This document shows, piece after piece, positions 1 to 11,351 of a stretch of DNA of 64,000 nt; positions within the stretch are counted from its first letter, which is position 1, and each line of letters begins with the position of its first letter. This DNA is from Eledone cirrhosa (Eukaryota), in assembly GCA_964016885.1 (NCBI GenBank), contig OZ024741.1, positions 168,640,001 through 168,704,000 of the forward strand, given 5' to 3'. Position numbers and translations under genes: made by a program. A model generated the notes under the pieces. The model was not told where the DNA came from, made no database searches, and saw only the letters and a program-made list of their open reading frames with translations.

Positions 1-219
1 TAGCTTGTAAAATATTGGGATATAAAGGCAGACCTATCTAATTAAGAATGTGTTTTAATGAGAATTTTTTGGATTATAGTTTTATAAAAGGAAAACAGAA
101 AGAGCTCTAGAAAAAGAGAAAATATATAAAAGACCATAAGGTAGATTGAGTTCTTATTCTGATGAACTGTAAAATTTAATAATGGTTATTTCATCATGTG
201 TGTATATGAATATACACAC

Positions 220-886
220 ACATTGTATGATGCTTGTATACGAATAGCAAAGGTAGTGAGACCTGGGCATTGTGTGCAGAGGATCTGTGCAGATTGGAAA
301 GAAACGAAGCATAAAAGCCCTGATGGATGTGTAATACACAGCTGTATAAAAAAGTGTAGAGCAATCAAAATTGATGGAAGCTACAGAGTAGGTAGATCCA
401 GAAAGACCCGGGACGAGATGATATAAGCTGACCTTGCACACTTGAACCTTTCTAAGACAATGACAGGATTGGGATCTTTGGCGCTATGCAGTAAAACAGA
501 AGATCCGCCTTGTTGGCAGCTCTTAATCTAATATACACGCTACAACCCCACACCCCACACACCTCCATTCCACTTCCACCCACACCACTCTTACTCTGTA
601 AAGTTATGTTGGTACCACAAAACATCCAGCCCACACTGTAAAGTGATCTTGTAGGTGTCACTACAAAATGCACACTGTAAAGTGGTTCTGCAGGAGACAC
701 GGCAAAAAGCACCCAGCATACACTGTAAATGTGGTTGGCATTAGGAAGGGCATCCAGCTGTAGAAAACCAGCCAGAAACAGTTCTATATGAATGAGACAT
801 GGTCACATAAACAAACTTGTCTCAACTGGGACAAACTCATTTAACCCATGCTAACATGGAAGATAGACATTTGATGATGATGATTA
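220..886 (+). mobile_element. RTE-clade LINE 3' fragment (C-terminus, repeat-containing 3' UTR, (GAT)n tail)
   Basis: LYDACIR...IKKCRAIKIDGSYRVGRSRKTRDEMI matches the RTE copy at 22660-23710; cacactgtaaagtg UTR repeats; ends in gatgatgat. Confidence 0.8.
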
Positions 887-889
887 TAT

Positions 890-995
890 ATAATAGTAAT
901 AATTATGAAATAATTGTGTACAGTGCTCAGGTGCACTACAACTCATCAAAGGTGCATGTATAGTATATAGAATAATGTACAAATGCCAGGAAAGT
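890..995 (-). mobile_element. CR1-like LINE 3' tail fragment
   Basis: Reverse complement of the 3' UTR and (ATT)n tail of the CR1 copy at about 30900-31008 (gtgtacagtgctcaggtgcactacaactcatcaaaggtgcatg). Confidence 0.8.
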
Positions 996-1285
996 TTAAG
1001 GATTGTAATGTTAGGCTATTGTTGGTTCACCAAAGTGAGCATTCGATGCATTGTCTCTAGTATGTACTTTGGGGTTGTACTAAGCAGAGTGTAATATTAA
1101 TCATAAGTATGGACAAGGTGTCAAATTTTCATAAGTTTATTCAGGTGTGACACACATATCACGATTGAACCCAGAATCACATGGTTTCAAAACAAATTCC
1201 TTATCCCTCCTCAGCAATGCCTGCATTGACATCTCTCGCTCTCTCTCCCTCTCTCTCTCATACACACACACCATATATATATATA

Positions 1286-1430
1286 CATATTTATTTATTT
1301 ATTATAGAAATGACTTCTACAGTACAAAAACTGTTTCATTCGTAAGAAATCGTCAGACTTTCCTGATGATTTTTTATGAATGAAACAGTTCTAGTGGTAT
1401 GGAAGTCATTTCTATAATAAAATAAATATG
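1286..1430. repeat. Imperfect palindrome of about 70-bp arms, each arm carrying a hammerhead-like core
   Basis: Arms are reverse complements around actttc; plus strand CTGATGA(1363)...GAAA(1382); minus strand CTGACGA-tttcttacgaat-GAAA. Confidence 0.75.
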
Positions 1431-2069
1431 CTCCTATACGCTACTAACAAAATGAGTATCATTTTTAACTGTAGTCATCTCCCAAAATACATCAGGAATT
1501 CACCTATATATACATATATATCCACACACATGCACACACACACACATACACACACACACACATATATATATGTATATATATGTGTGTGTATGTGTATATA
1601 TATATATATATATTGCCAAATGTTATAAATCATAATTGTTTCATATATGTAATTGTGGAACATGTTTTGGCGTCTTATGTATGTGTTATTTGGTTATCTC
1701 TACATAATCCTCAGAAGAGATAAATAAAAAAAACATTACTTAGGTCCGTCACACTTTAACTGTGCCTGCCACTTTTAAAATACAATGTTGTTATCAGGAG
1801 AAAACATCAATTTAATATTTCCATGATTTTTTTTAATCAATGTTTTATCACATAATATTTTTTTCCTTTCTCTTCACAAACATATTTAACTCTATGAAAG
1901 CATATGGCCTAGTAGTTAGGGTGTTGAATTTTATACATATATATATGTTTGTATACATGAGAGCGGAGTCATACTGATTACATGAAAAGAGGCAGCTACA
2001 AATGCAATATATGATATGGTAGTGCTGGTGACATGACAGGAGACACCCAGTCCACTCTGTTAGGTGGTG

Positions 2070-2960
2070 ATTTTAGCTACTTGTTTGCAATCATATTATT
2101 TTGGTCATTACCCAAAATTTATAACCATAGGTTAAGGCAGGTATGAATAACAAATTGAAGAAATCACTCCTGATGAGTTAAGTAGTACCATGTCATGGGC
2201 AAATTCCAGCCAACAGCCTACAGCCACCAGTTTCAACACCAATTCCAGCCTGGCTGCATCTATAACCCTTGTTTATGAAGATTATGAACAGGAGAGATGA
2301 CAATATTCACCCTTGTCAGAGTCTGACACTCACATTGAATGGTTTGGACTTAACATCATTTATGCAAATACAAATAATAAGGCATTTATACAGGGACTTC
2401 AAGGAAACAAGAAGCTGTCTGTTGATCATATACTCCAGCAGAACCTTCCAAAAGTCTCATAGAACATTAGTCATATAAATTTTTGAGGTCTATGAAACAT
2501 GCATATGGCCCTTGACAATACTTTCCCATGGAGTGAAAAATTGATGAAAATGACACTGTTTCTTCAACTAACGTTGATACAACAATGCTCCTACATCTCT
2601 TTGACAGATAGCATAGATTTTACTAGGGAAGCTTAACAAGGGGGACCCTCTATAATTGAAGCAATCACGCTTGTCTACCATTTTTTAAATTTGGACAACT
2701 ACTCCCAATTACGATTACGTTGGCACCTTTCCAGAGATCCAGGCCACCTGGCACACACAGGTCAGCCAGAGGATACCTTCTCTATTTAAGGCTTTTCACA
2801 TCTCATTTCATTATGCATGAAATTAAAATTTTTTTTTTTTTTAGGCCTTGCCACATTTGTGCTCTTTAATTGCTCTGGTTATCTCAGCCTCTGAGAGGTT
2901 ATTTAACACCCCTAGATGTACCTCATGTATATTGTGTTCTTCTGCCAAGAATTGCAATCA
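2070..2960 (-). mobile_element. Decayed RTE (Expander-like) reverse transcriptase fragment
   Basis: Minus-strand KSKPFNVSVRL*QG*ILSSLLFIIF motif (RT QG..LSP region) with stop codons. Confidence 0.65.
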
Positions 2961-2982
2961 ACAGATCAATTTCTTTCCTTTT

Positions 2983-3173
2983 TTAACCCTTTCATCAATA
3001 TATTTCTAATGAAATAAACATTATCTCAATTTATTAATAACGAATTTCGAAGGGTTTACTAAAATGACTATCTCATTACTAAAATAATAACTTAATGAGA
3101 ACTCTTAACTATGGGTACTTTTGTTTCATACAACCAGAACTAGTTTTGGTTGAGTAAGTATTAAAAGTGTTAA
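2983..3173. mobile_element. piggyBac-like MITE (TTAA-flanked)
   Basis: ttaa-ccctttcat ... gtattaaaagtg-ttaa termini; related internal sequence recurs near 26850-27440, 28930-29345 and 38530-38775. Confidence 0.5.
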
Positions 3174-3379
3174 GTAGGTGATACATTTTTGAAGGACTCA
3201 ACACTTCACTGTAAACCGTATAACACTAGGCTGAATTTTGATAACCCTAGTTTCAAAAAACTATGAAATTTTATAACTTGTTCCTTGGTTTTCAGTTTCA
3301 AACACCATCACAAGGAACATATATCCATGAATAAATTAAAATATGGAAAACAAATAAAACATTATTATATGAAGTGAGA

Positions 3380-3672
3380 AGGAATGTAGCTTACTGGTTA
3401 GTGAGTTAGACACATGACTGAGTTCCTGAGTTTGATTCTTAGTGGCATATTGTGTCCTTGAGGAAGACATTTTATTTCATATTGCTCCAGCTAGCAAAAA
3501 TGGGTTGTGCTTGTAATTCAAAAGGCAAGCTCTATCACACAGTGTGTCACACTGAATCTCCCTGAAAACTATGTTAAAGTTAGCCATGTTTGTGGAATAC
3601 CACTTGCATGTTAATTTCATGAGTCCTGTTGTTGAATATCTGGAATGCTTGTCATCAAAAGCGATGGAGGCC
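3380..3672 (+). mobile_element. tRNA-derived SINE with V-domain-like core
   Basis: Degenerate A/B-box head followed by gtgtccttgaggaagacattttatttcatattgctccag; related copies near 31316, 32898 and 37455. Confidence 0.65.
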
Positions 3673-3684
3673 CTACATATATCA

Positions 3685-4756
3685 TCTATATATATAAAAC
3701 TGTGGTTGTCTGTCTGTCTATCGATATTTGGCACACATCTCCTCTTAGAATCTCTCACGGAATTGCACCGAAATTGATATACTTGTACATTGAGCCCTAG
3801 CGAAGACATCGGAAAAAAAAATTTCAAATTGACCCACCCTATGTGACGAAATCTCTATATATAAAACTGTGGTTGTCTGTCTGTCTATCGATTTTTGGCA
3901 CACATCTCCTCTTAGAATCTCTCACGGAATTGCACCGAAATTGATATACTTGTACATTGAGCCCTAGCGAAGACATCGGAAAAAAAAATTTCAAATTGAC
4001 CCACCCTATGTGACGAAATCGAATATAATGTATCGATTTTTGAGCGTAAGTTATCAGTTATTTCCCTTTGTTCTGTTTACATTGAGCGTCTTACGTAAAA
4101 AATTACGCTGGCTTTCTCAGCGTTTAAAATATTGACCTGCAAAATTCATCAGTTCGAACACTAAGCTTCCGTTTTGCTTCATTTCCATTTAAAAGCATTT
4201 TAAGACAATATTTTTACTTGAAAACAAGTCTATTTAAAGACTACGTAAAACAAGCAAATATTTCGTCGTTAGGCGTGCAGACAGACAGTCGTGCAGACAG
4301 ACAGTCGTGCAGAGAGGTGATATAGGCGTGCAGACAGACAGTCGTGCAGAGAGGTGATATAGGTGTGCAGACAGACAGTCGTGCAGAGAGGTGATATAGG
4401 CGTGCAGACAGACAGTCGTGCAGAGAGGTGATATAGGCGTGCAGACAGACATAACTGATAATTTGGTTACGCTAATGTTTTTCTCTGCGTTGCAGTGTTT
4501 ACATTTTCGATCTTTGTTAATAAATAACCAGTGCAGTTTCTATCCCCAGCATCCTCTTTTGTTATAACATTCGGGTTATCGTTATGTTTTCTTAACTTCA
4601 TAAGGCATATTGTTGGTTGAGGGAATATTAATCAAAAACACCACATGCAAGTCTGCACAGTAGACACTACAGTTTTTAAGCCAAGAAAGAAACTTAACAT
4701 TGTAACTTTAACACAGCTACTGAGCGACCCCGAGCAACGCCGGGCTTTACTGCTAG
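3685..4756 (+). mobile_element. Non-autonomous Helitron with a duplicated 167-bp 5' end
   Basis: A|TC start (tctatatatataaaa); 3' hairpin cccgagcaacgccggg then CTAG|T at 4753-4757; 5' 167 bp present twice (3685-4020). Confidence 0.85.
4270..4450. repeat. 37-bp minisatellite inside the Helitron
   Basis: About 4 copies of aggcgtgcagacagacagtcgtgcagagaggtgatat. Confidence 0.9.
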
Positions 4757-4759
4757 TTA

Positions 4760-4780
4760 TCTATAAAAGGCAGATTGTTG

Positions 4781-4858
<78 letters not shown>

Positions 4859-5143
4859 ATGTTCCATGTTTATACATTTGCACAATTTCAAACCAATTCG
4901 ATTTAAAGTCTGTATGAATGTTGTAAATTGTTTAACATAGGTCAACGACTATTTATCTTTTTCCAACTCACCCACAATTACTGAAATAATCGATAAGACT
5001 AAATACATGACGCTTTACCCCTTTAATACAATCTGAATTCCTCTCTCTACTCCCCTTAAAATTTGATAAAACTACATACATGCTGCAACTTTCTCTTATA
5101 TACGCTTAAACTCGGAAGAAAGAAATGAAAGAGAGAGAAGAGA

Positions 5144-5181
<38 letters not shown>

Positions 5182-5963
5182 ACGTTTGTTTTTGAGTGTG
5201 GAACGGTCAAACATTTATTTACTTCAATGACAACGAAGAGAACTTATTACATTTCATACGAAACAACAATTATTCAAAAGCAACAGATAAATTTATTCAA
5301 CAAAAAAAAAATACCGATAAATCTTTTTTAAAACATCTCTCAACGAACGTGGAAGAAAGAAGTATCAGTTTATTTACTATACACAATAATATCCTCTATG
5401 AGGTCACTAAACCTGCTAGAAACAGCAGTTAACTCTCCCCCATATCACACCCCTCCCTACTGTCTTAAATTTAGAAAACACATATCCTCTATGAGGTCAC
5501 TAAACCTGCTAGAAACAGCAGCTAACTCTCCCCCATATCACACCCCTCCCTACTGTCTTAAATTTAGAAAACACATATCCTCTATGAGGTCACTAAACCT
5601 GCTAGAAACAGCAGCTAACTCTCCCCCATATCACCCCCCTCCCTACTGTCTTAAATTTAGAAAACACACATTAGACAACCATGCAGAACAACTCCATCAC
5701 AGCTCTGTTGTTCGGCTGGCATTGTCTACGCGCGTGTTGTGCAAGTTCTGTGAAACAATAAATTTCAACACTTCTTTACACAGAGATAATATCCATAGGC
5801 GAAACTACAATTGTCACTGCTGGCGCAGCTCCTGCTTCGGCAGTCCAGGTCTGCAATTCATTCACCCAGTGCCTGGCAGACAAAAAGTGCTGCCATAAAA
5901 TGGGTGGTGCAACCTAACTTTGATAACTTACTGACCCCGAGCAACGCCGGGCTTTAATGCTAG
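4760..5963 (+). mobile_element. Second non-autonomous Helitron, adjacent to the first
   Basis: A|TC start with (GT)n near the 5' end; 3' gaccccgagcaacgccgggctttaatgCTAG|T, nearly identical to the end at 4726-4757. Confidence 0.75.
5389..5668. repeat. 93-bp tandem repeat, 3 copies
   Basis: atgaggtcactaaacc at 5398, 5491 and 5584. Confidence 0.95.
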
Positions 5964-6431
5964 TACACTATACGACTGTGATGATGTTGTTGAAGACGAG
6001 AATAGTGGAGATGACAATAAAGATGATGATGATAATACCAACAATGATGACGAAGATGATGATGATGGCATTGTTTATGGTAATGGTGGTGTTGGTGATG
6101 ATGATGCTTATACCAATGATTATGATGATGATGAAATGATGATGACACTGAACATGGTGGTAACACTTATTTTGTTGATAACAGTAACAGTCATGATGGA
6201 TGCTACAACATTAATTACCATTAGAATATGAATAAGAATGCCTGTCAGTTGTGTTAAGTTTGTGTTGTTGTTGCTGTTAGTGAACATAAATCTAAGAGAG
6301 AAAAATAGCCTAAGGGGGAGAAGAATGGGTGAAATATCTCATTAGTTCCATATTAGTTGACCAAATATATTAGCAAGAAGAAGCAAATCAGAAAACAAGA
6401 CAAACAAATGAAGACAAAAAAATTATGTAAA

Positions 6432-6477
<46 letters not shown>

Positions 6478-6512
6478 TATATATAAATACATATAGATAT
6501 ACATATATATAT

Positions 6513-6557
<45 letters not shown>

Positions 6558-6639
6558 TGGGTGTTTTAGTTTGCTTGAAGCATTGTGAATAATGTATAAA
6601 GTAATGTGTTATTCGAAGGCTGCACAATGAAAATCAGAT

Positions 6640-7560
6640 GGTAAATTTTGAAAAATTGAAGGCAATTAGCCCACTCAAGCCATTGCATTCACTATGTGAA
6701 TATCATTCAAAAAAGCAGCCCAGGGACAACAGCCAATGCATGCTATCAAACTTCCCAATTCATGACACTGGTATGTGCCATTGGGCATATATTATATACC
6801 ACATTCGATATAACAAATGCAGGGAATTTATATAAGTATTACTGTTAGACTGCTTCATGTCCACATTAGAGAACACCTCAACACACGCACATTCACCTTC
6901 AAGAAACACAAATGCAAAAACATCCACAAAAACATAATTACTATTGAAGCCAGTGATAGGAATATCAGAAACTTTAGAATCAAAGAAGAAATACTAATAG
7001 CAATGCTTAACCCACAAATAGCACACAATTTTTAACATAAAAGGGCACACACTTAACTTTTGACAAAAAATCTCCCATGCACATCGCCTAGTCAAGAATA
7101 GTCACTTAAACTGACATTACAATTAGACATTTAATATTTGACATAAACATGCATGCACTCACAGCTTGAACACTTAACTCAATCCAAAATATATAACATA
7201 TCGAAATGATTTTAACTTGGCATACAGCATTTCCCATTGAAAAATATGAAATAAAAACATATACAAAAGTGCACAACATTTGACAGAAATACACATGCCG
7301 ACACAACATATGATAGTCCATATATGATATCATCCTCCCACTTCTTCTGGCAGCTATAAACAGAGCATCATTACAAACAAACAAAGTTAGATTTTGAGTC
7401 TATAACAACAAAAGCACACGGCTCCAAACTAGTTTCTTATTGTAATCTTCTGATGACAGTCCTGAAATATTAGGGCAGATAAATAAAATTACAGGTAACA
7501 CTTTGTTGCCTTTAATTTTTCAAATTTTACCACACACATCACATTGATGTACACTACTTT
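6640..7560 (+). mobile_element. Penelope-like element 3' remnant (GIY-YIG endonuclease plus pLTR with decayed hammerhead)
   Basis: YHIRYNKCREF/ISITVRLLHVHIREHL...RNFRIKEEILIAMLNPQI resembles PLE GIY-YIG; tgtaat-CTGATGA(7450)...attaca downstream; flanked by (TA)n. Confidence 0.7.
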
Positions 7561-7638
<78 letters not shown>

Positions 7639-7646
<8 letters not shown>

Positions 7647-8105
7647 TGCAAACTAGAGTTAAGAGTATTGCAATCGCTTGTCAGATTCAGATATGTGACG
7701 CTCGGATATGGCTTTTCAGGCCTGTTAGAGACTTGCACTCCTTCACACAATGACAACAATTGTGGATCTCCCTGGCCTCAGGTTGCCCGTGAACCTTCAC
7801 AATGCCGTGGAAATCATAGTTCATTGATTCTCTCTGAACATGGTTGCAACTAAGACTCCTGAGACTATATTTGTTCAAGCAAATCTTTCCACACTCAAGG
7901 CATACCAATTCAATGGAGACACCAATAGTTTTGAGAGATATACACATCCCATTTGTTCTTCTCATGCTCTATGTATCTGTCCTCAAAATTATGGACCCCA
8001 TCATTCACCATTCCATGCAAAGTTTCTCTTTCAAGAGCTTTTATCTCCCAAACAGCCATCATCAAACCATTGTCTTTTGAGGTGGTCACCATACAAAAGT
8101 TAGAG
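7639..8105 (-). mobile_element. RTE-like LINE 3' end with C2H2-type C-terminal motifs
   Basis: CLECGKICLNKYSLRS and CHCVKECKSLTGLKSHIRASH; ends gcagccatcat into (TA)n; cut by the assembly gap. Confidence 0.65.
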
Positions 8106-8305
8106 NNNNNNNNNNNNNNNNNNNNNNNNNNNNNNNNNNNNNNNNNNNNNNNNNNNNNNNNNNNNNNNNNNNNNNNNNNNNNNNNNNNNNNNNNNNNNNN
8201 NNNNNNNNNNNNNNNNNNNNNNNNNNNNNNNNNNNNNNNNNNNNNNNNNNNNNNNNNNNNNNNNNNNNNNNNNNNNNNNNNNNNNNNNNNNNNNNNNNNN
8301 NNNNN
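8106..8305. other. Assembly gap (200 N)
   Basis: Run of exactly 200 N. Confidence 1.
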
Positions 8306-8480
8306 TCATATGTAATGATTATAGGGACAGATATTGTCATTGCATATTTATGATGGGTGTGATGGTGGTGGATGCAGTGATAGTGGTGGTGATAACATGT
8401 TTACCTGCCAAATCTAACGGTCTGTTTATCTATTTAATTTTGGTAGTTTTCTTTCTTGAAATTGTATTCTATGGAATATA

Positions 8481-8583
<103 letters not shown>

Positions 8584-8840
8584 TGTGTGTGTGTGTGGAC
8601 AAGGTTACGACAAAAAATGACCCAGTCCACACTGTAAAGTAGTCATGTAGGTGTCACAACAAAAGCACCCAATACTCACTGTAAATGAGGTTGGCGTTAG
8701 GAAGGGCAATGCTAGGTCACCCGACCTAGCATTGCCCACAACAAGACAACTCATCTAACCCATGCTAGCATGGAAGAATGGATGTAAAATGGTGATATGA
8801 TGATGGTGAAAAGAGAGAAAGAGTGATTAAATATATATAA

Positions 8841-9711
8841 TCTAAACTATAATAAAGGAAGGTCTGCGGGACTGCGTACGGTTTATTATTTTTTTTATCC
8901 CGTTAGTAAAATAAGTTGGATTACTTTGAATAAATAATTGTTTCTACTTTAGGCACAAGGCCAGCAATTATCCAGTGCATTACTGGTACTTTATTTTATC
9001 GACCCCGTAAGGATGAAAGGCAAAGTCAACAAGTAGATAAATTATGTAATATTAATTCATTACTTTGAATAAATAATTGTTTCTACTTTAGGCACAAGGC
9101 CAGCAATTACCCAGTGCATTACTGGTACTTTATTTTATCGACCCCGTAAGGATGAAAGGCAAAGTTAACCTCGGCGGGATTTGAACTCAGATCATAAAGG
9201 GACGTAACTATGCTGGAAAGCATGGCGTCCGACCCTCTACCGATACTGCCAATCCACATGAATTAATATTACATAATTTATCTACTAAATTTCGTAAACA
9301 AAAATAATTTCGTAAAAATAAATAATTTAAAATTGACTTCTTTCCAAAGTTGCACTTCCGGTATATCGTTGCCACCACCACCACCACTTCAACTACCATA
9401 TATATAGAAAGAGAGAGTTTGTGATGCCAACACTTCCGGTGGCGTTCACTTAAATAAACATACTAATTTTTTGTCAATAATTTTCTCCTAATGCAGTTTA
9501 TATATAATATCGTCTTTTTTTAATGTATCATGGATTACGTTACTGATTACATAAGACAGTGTAACAACGTCTTCGTTCAATTTTTCTTTATATAGTCAAT
9601 TACGATTTTATTTGATGTATCATATATACATGTATATATACTTGCGTATAATATCAATATACACACTACACATGCTAGCAGAAAACCACCCGGGGGTGGT
9701 TTCTCTGCTAG
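8841..9711 (+). mobile_element. Non-autonomous Helitron-like element carrying a SINE insertion
   Basis: A|TC start (tctaaactataataaagg); terminal hairpin aaaccacc-cggg-ggtggttt then CTAG|T at 9708-9712. Confidence 0.6.
8935..9255 (-). mobile_element. MetaSINE-like tRNA SINE plus a partial duplicate of its 3' half
   Basis: Minus-strand B-box gagttcaaatccc, then gcctttcatccttacggggtcgataaaataaagtaccag (Meta-domain-like). Confidence 0.8.
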
Positions 9712-9888
9712 TATATATAATGTATATATATAATATATATATATAATATATATATATATATATGTGAATATAGACATAGAATATTCGAAAATATTCTGTA
9801 TGTTTATAATAAACATTTTGAAGACCTAATCGCTATAGAATAGAATACGTCACGTATTACAATTAGATTCTCGATAAAAGCAAGGGAA

Positions 9889-9931
9889 GTAATCTACGCG
9901 TTTCATTCTTGTTAGAAATCTTCAGGACTAC
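9889..9931 (-). ncRNA. Type-I minimal hammerhead ribozyme, copy 1
   Basis: GUAGUC-CUGAAGA-UUUCUAACAAGAAU-GAAA-CGCG-UA-GAUUAC: helix I 6 bp, intact core, helix II UUCU/AGAA, palindromic helix III, GUA cleavage triplet. Confidence 0.9.
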
Positions 9932-10198
9932 ATATCCAGTGCTTTTATCGAGAATGACACAGCTAGAGACTTATAGAATACTTAGCTGTGTACAGGAACT
10001 GGTTTGAAAGAGCGGTTGCCGGTCCGGCAGAAATTAGAAATTGGAATAAATGCTCTGAAATAGCGATATATATGTGAATATAGACATAGAATATTCGAAA
10101 ATATTCTGTATGTTTATAATAAACATTTTGAAGACCTAATCGCTATAGAATAGAATACGTCACGTATTACAATTAGATTCTCGATAAAAGCAAGGGAA

Positions 10199-10241
10199 GT
10201 AATCTACGCGTTTCATTCTTGTTAGAAATCTTCAGGACTAC
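10199..10241 (-). ncRNA. Type-I minimal hammerhead ribozyme, copy 2
   Basis: Identical to 9889-9931, offset by 310. Confidence 0.9.
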
Positions 10242-10508
10242 ATATCCAGTGCTTTTATCGAGAATGACACAGCTAGAGACTTATAGAATACTTAGCTGTG
10301 TACAGGAACTGGTTTGAAAGAGCGGTTGCCGGTCCGGCAGAAATTAGAAATTGGAATAAATGCTCTGAAATAGCGATATATATGTGAATATAGACATAGA
10401 ATATTCGAAAATATTCTGTATGTTTATAATAAACATTTTGAAGACCTAATCGCTATAGAATAGAATACGTCACGTATTACAATTAGATTCTCGATAAAAG
10501 CAAGGGAA

Positions 10509-10551
10509 GTAATCTACGCGTTTCATTCTTGTTAGAAATCTTCAGGACTAC
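10509..10551 (-). ncRNA. Type-I minimal hammerhead ribozyme, copy 3
   Basis: Identical to 9889-9931, offset by 620. Confidence 0.9.
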
Positions 10552-10818
10552 ATATCCAGTGCTTTTATCGAGAATGACACAGCTAGAGACTTATAGAATA
10601 CTTAGCTGTGTACAGGAACTGGTTTGAAAGAGCGGTTGCCGGTCCGGCAGAAATTAGAAATTGGAATAAATGCTCTGAAATAGCGATATATATGTGAATA
10701 TAGACATAGAATATTCGAAAATATTCTGTATGTTTATAATAAACATTTTGAAGACCTAATCGCTATAGAATAGAATACGTCACGTATTACAATTAGATTC
10801 TCGATAAAAGCAAGGGAA

Positions 10819-10861
10819 GTAATCTACGCGTTTCATTCTTGTTAGAAATCTTCAGGACTAC
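10819..10861 (-). ncRNA. Type-I minimal hammerhead ribozyme, copy 4
   Basis: Identical to 9889-9931, offset by 930. Confidence 0.9.
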
Positions 10862-11165
10862 ATATCCAGTGCTTTTATCGAGAATGACACAGCTAGAGAC
10901 TTATAGAATACTTAGCTGTGTACAGGAACTGGTTTGAAAGAGCGGTTGCCGGTCCGGCAGAAATTAGAAATTGGAATAAATGCTCTGAAATAGCGATATA
11001 TATGTGAATATAGACATAGAATATTCGAAAATATTCTGTATGTTTATAATAAACATTTTGAAGACCTAATCGCTATAGAATAGAATACGTCACGTATTAC
11101 AATTAGATTCGCTATTTCAGAGCATTTATTCCAATATATATATATATATATTTCAGAGCATTTAT

Positions 11166-11215
<50 letters not shown>

Positions 11216-11351
11216 AAAGTCAGGCCCCAACGGCTAGGGTCTGACCACTCGACCACTCTACTATCCACTCTACTACCCTAAGTATCGAGTACTGTGGTTT
11301 ATTATGGTCCACTTGGTATCTTACCACATCTTCTTTGTTATATATATATAT

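Larger units (their letters stand above)
9761..11110 (-). mobile_element. Tandem array of 4.35 identical 310-bp hammerhead-containing units (retrozyme-like / PLE pLTR-derived)
   Basis: Units start at 9761, 10071, 10381, 10691 and 11001, with no differences seen; no ORF; (TA)n on both sides. Confidence 0.9.

Noticed and set aside
5398-5898. 166-aa ORF with a 31-aa repeat
   Set aside because: Produced by the 93-bp tandem repeat inside a Helitron; no recognisable domain.
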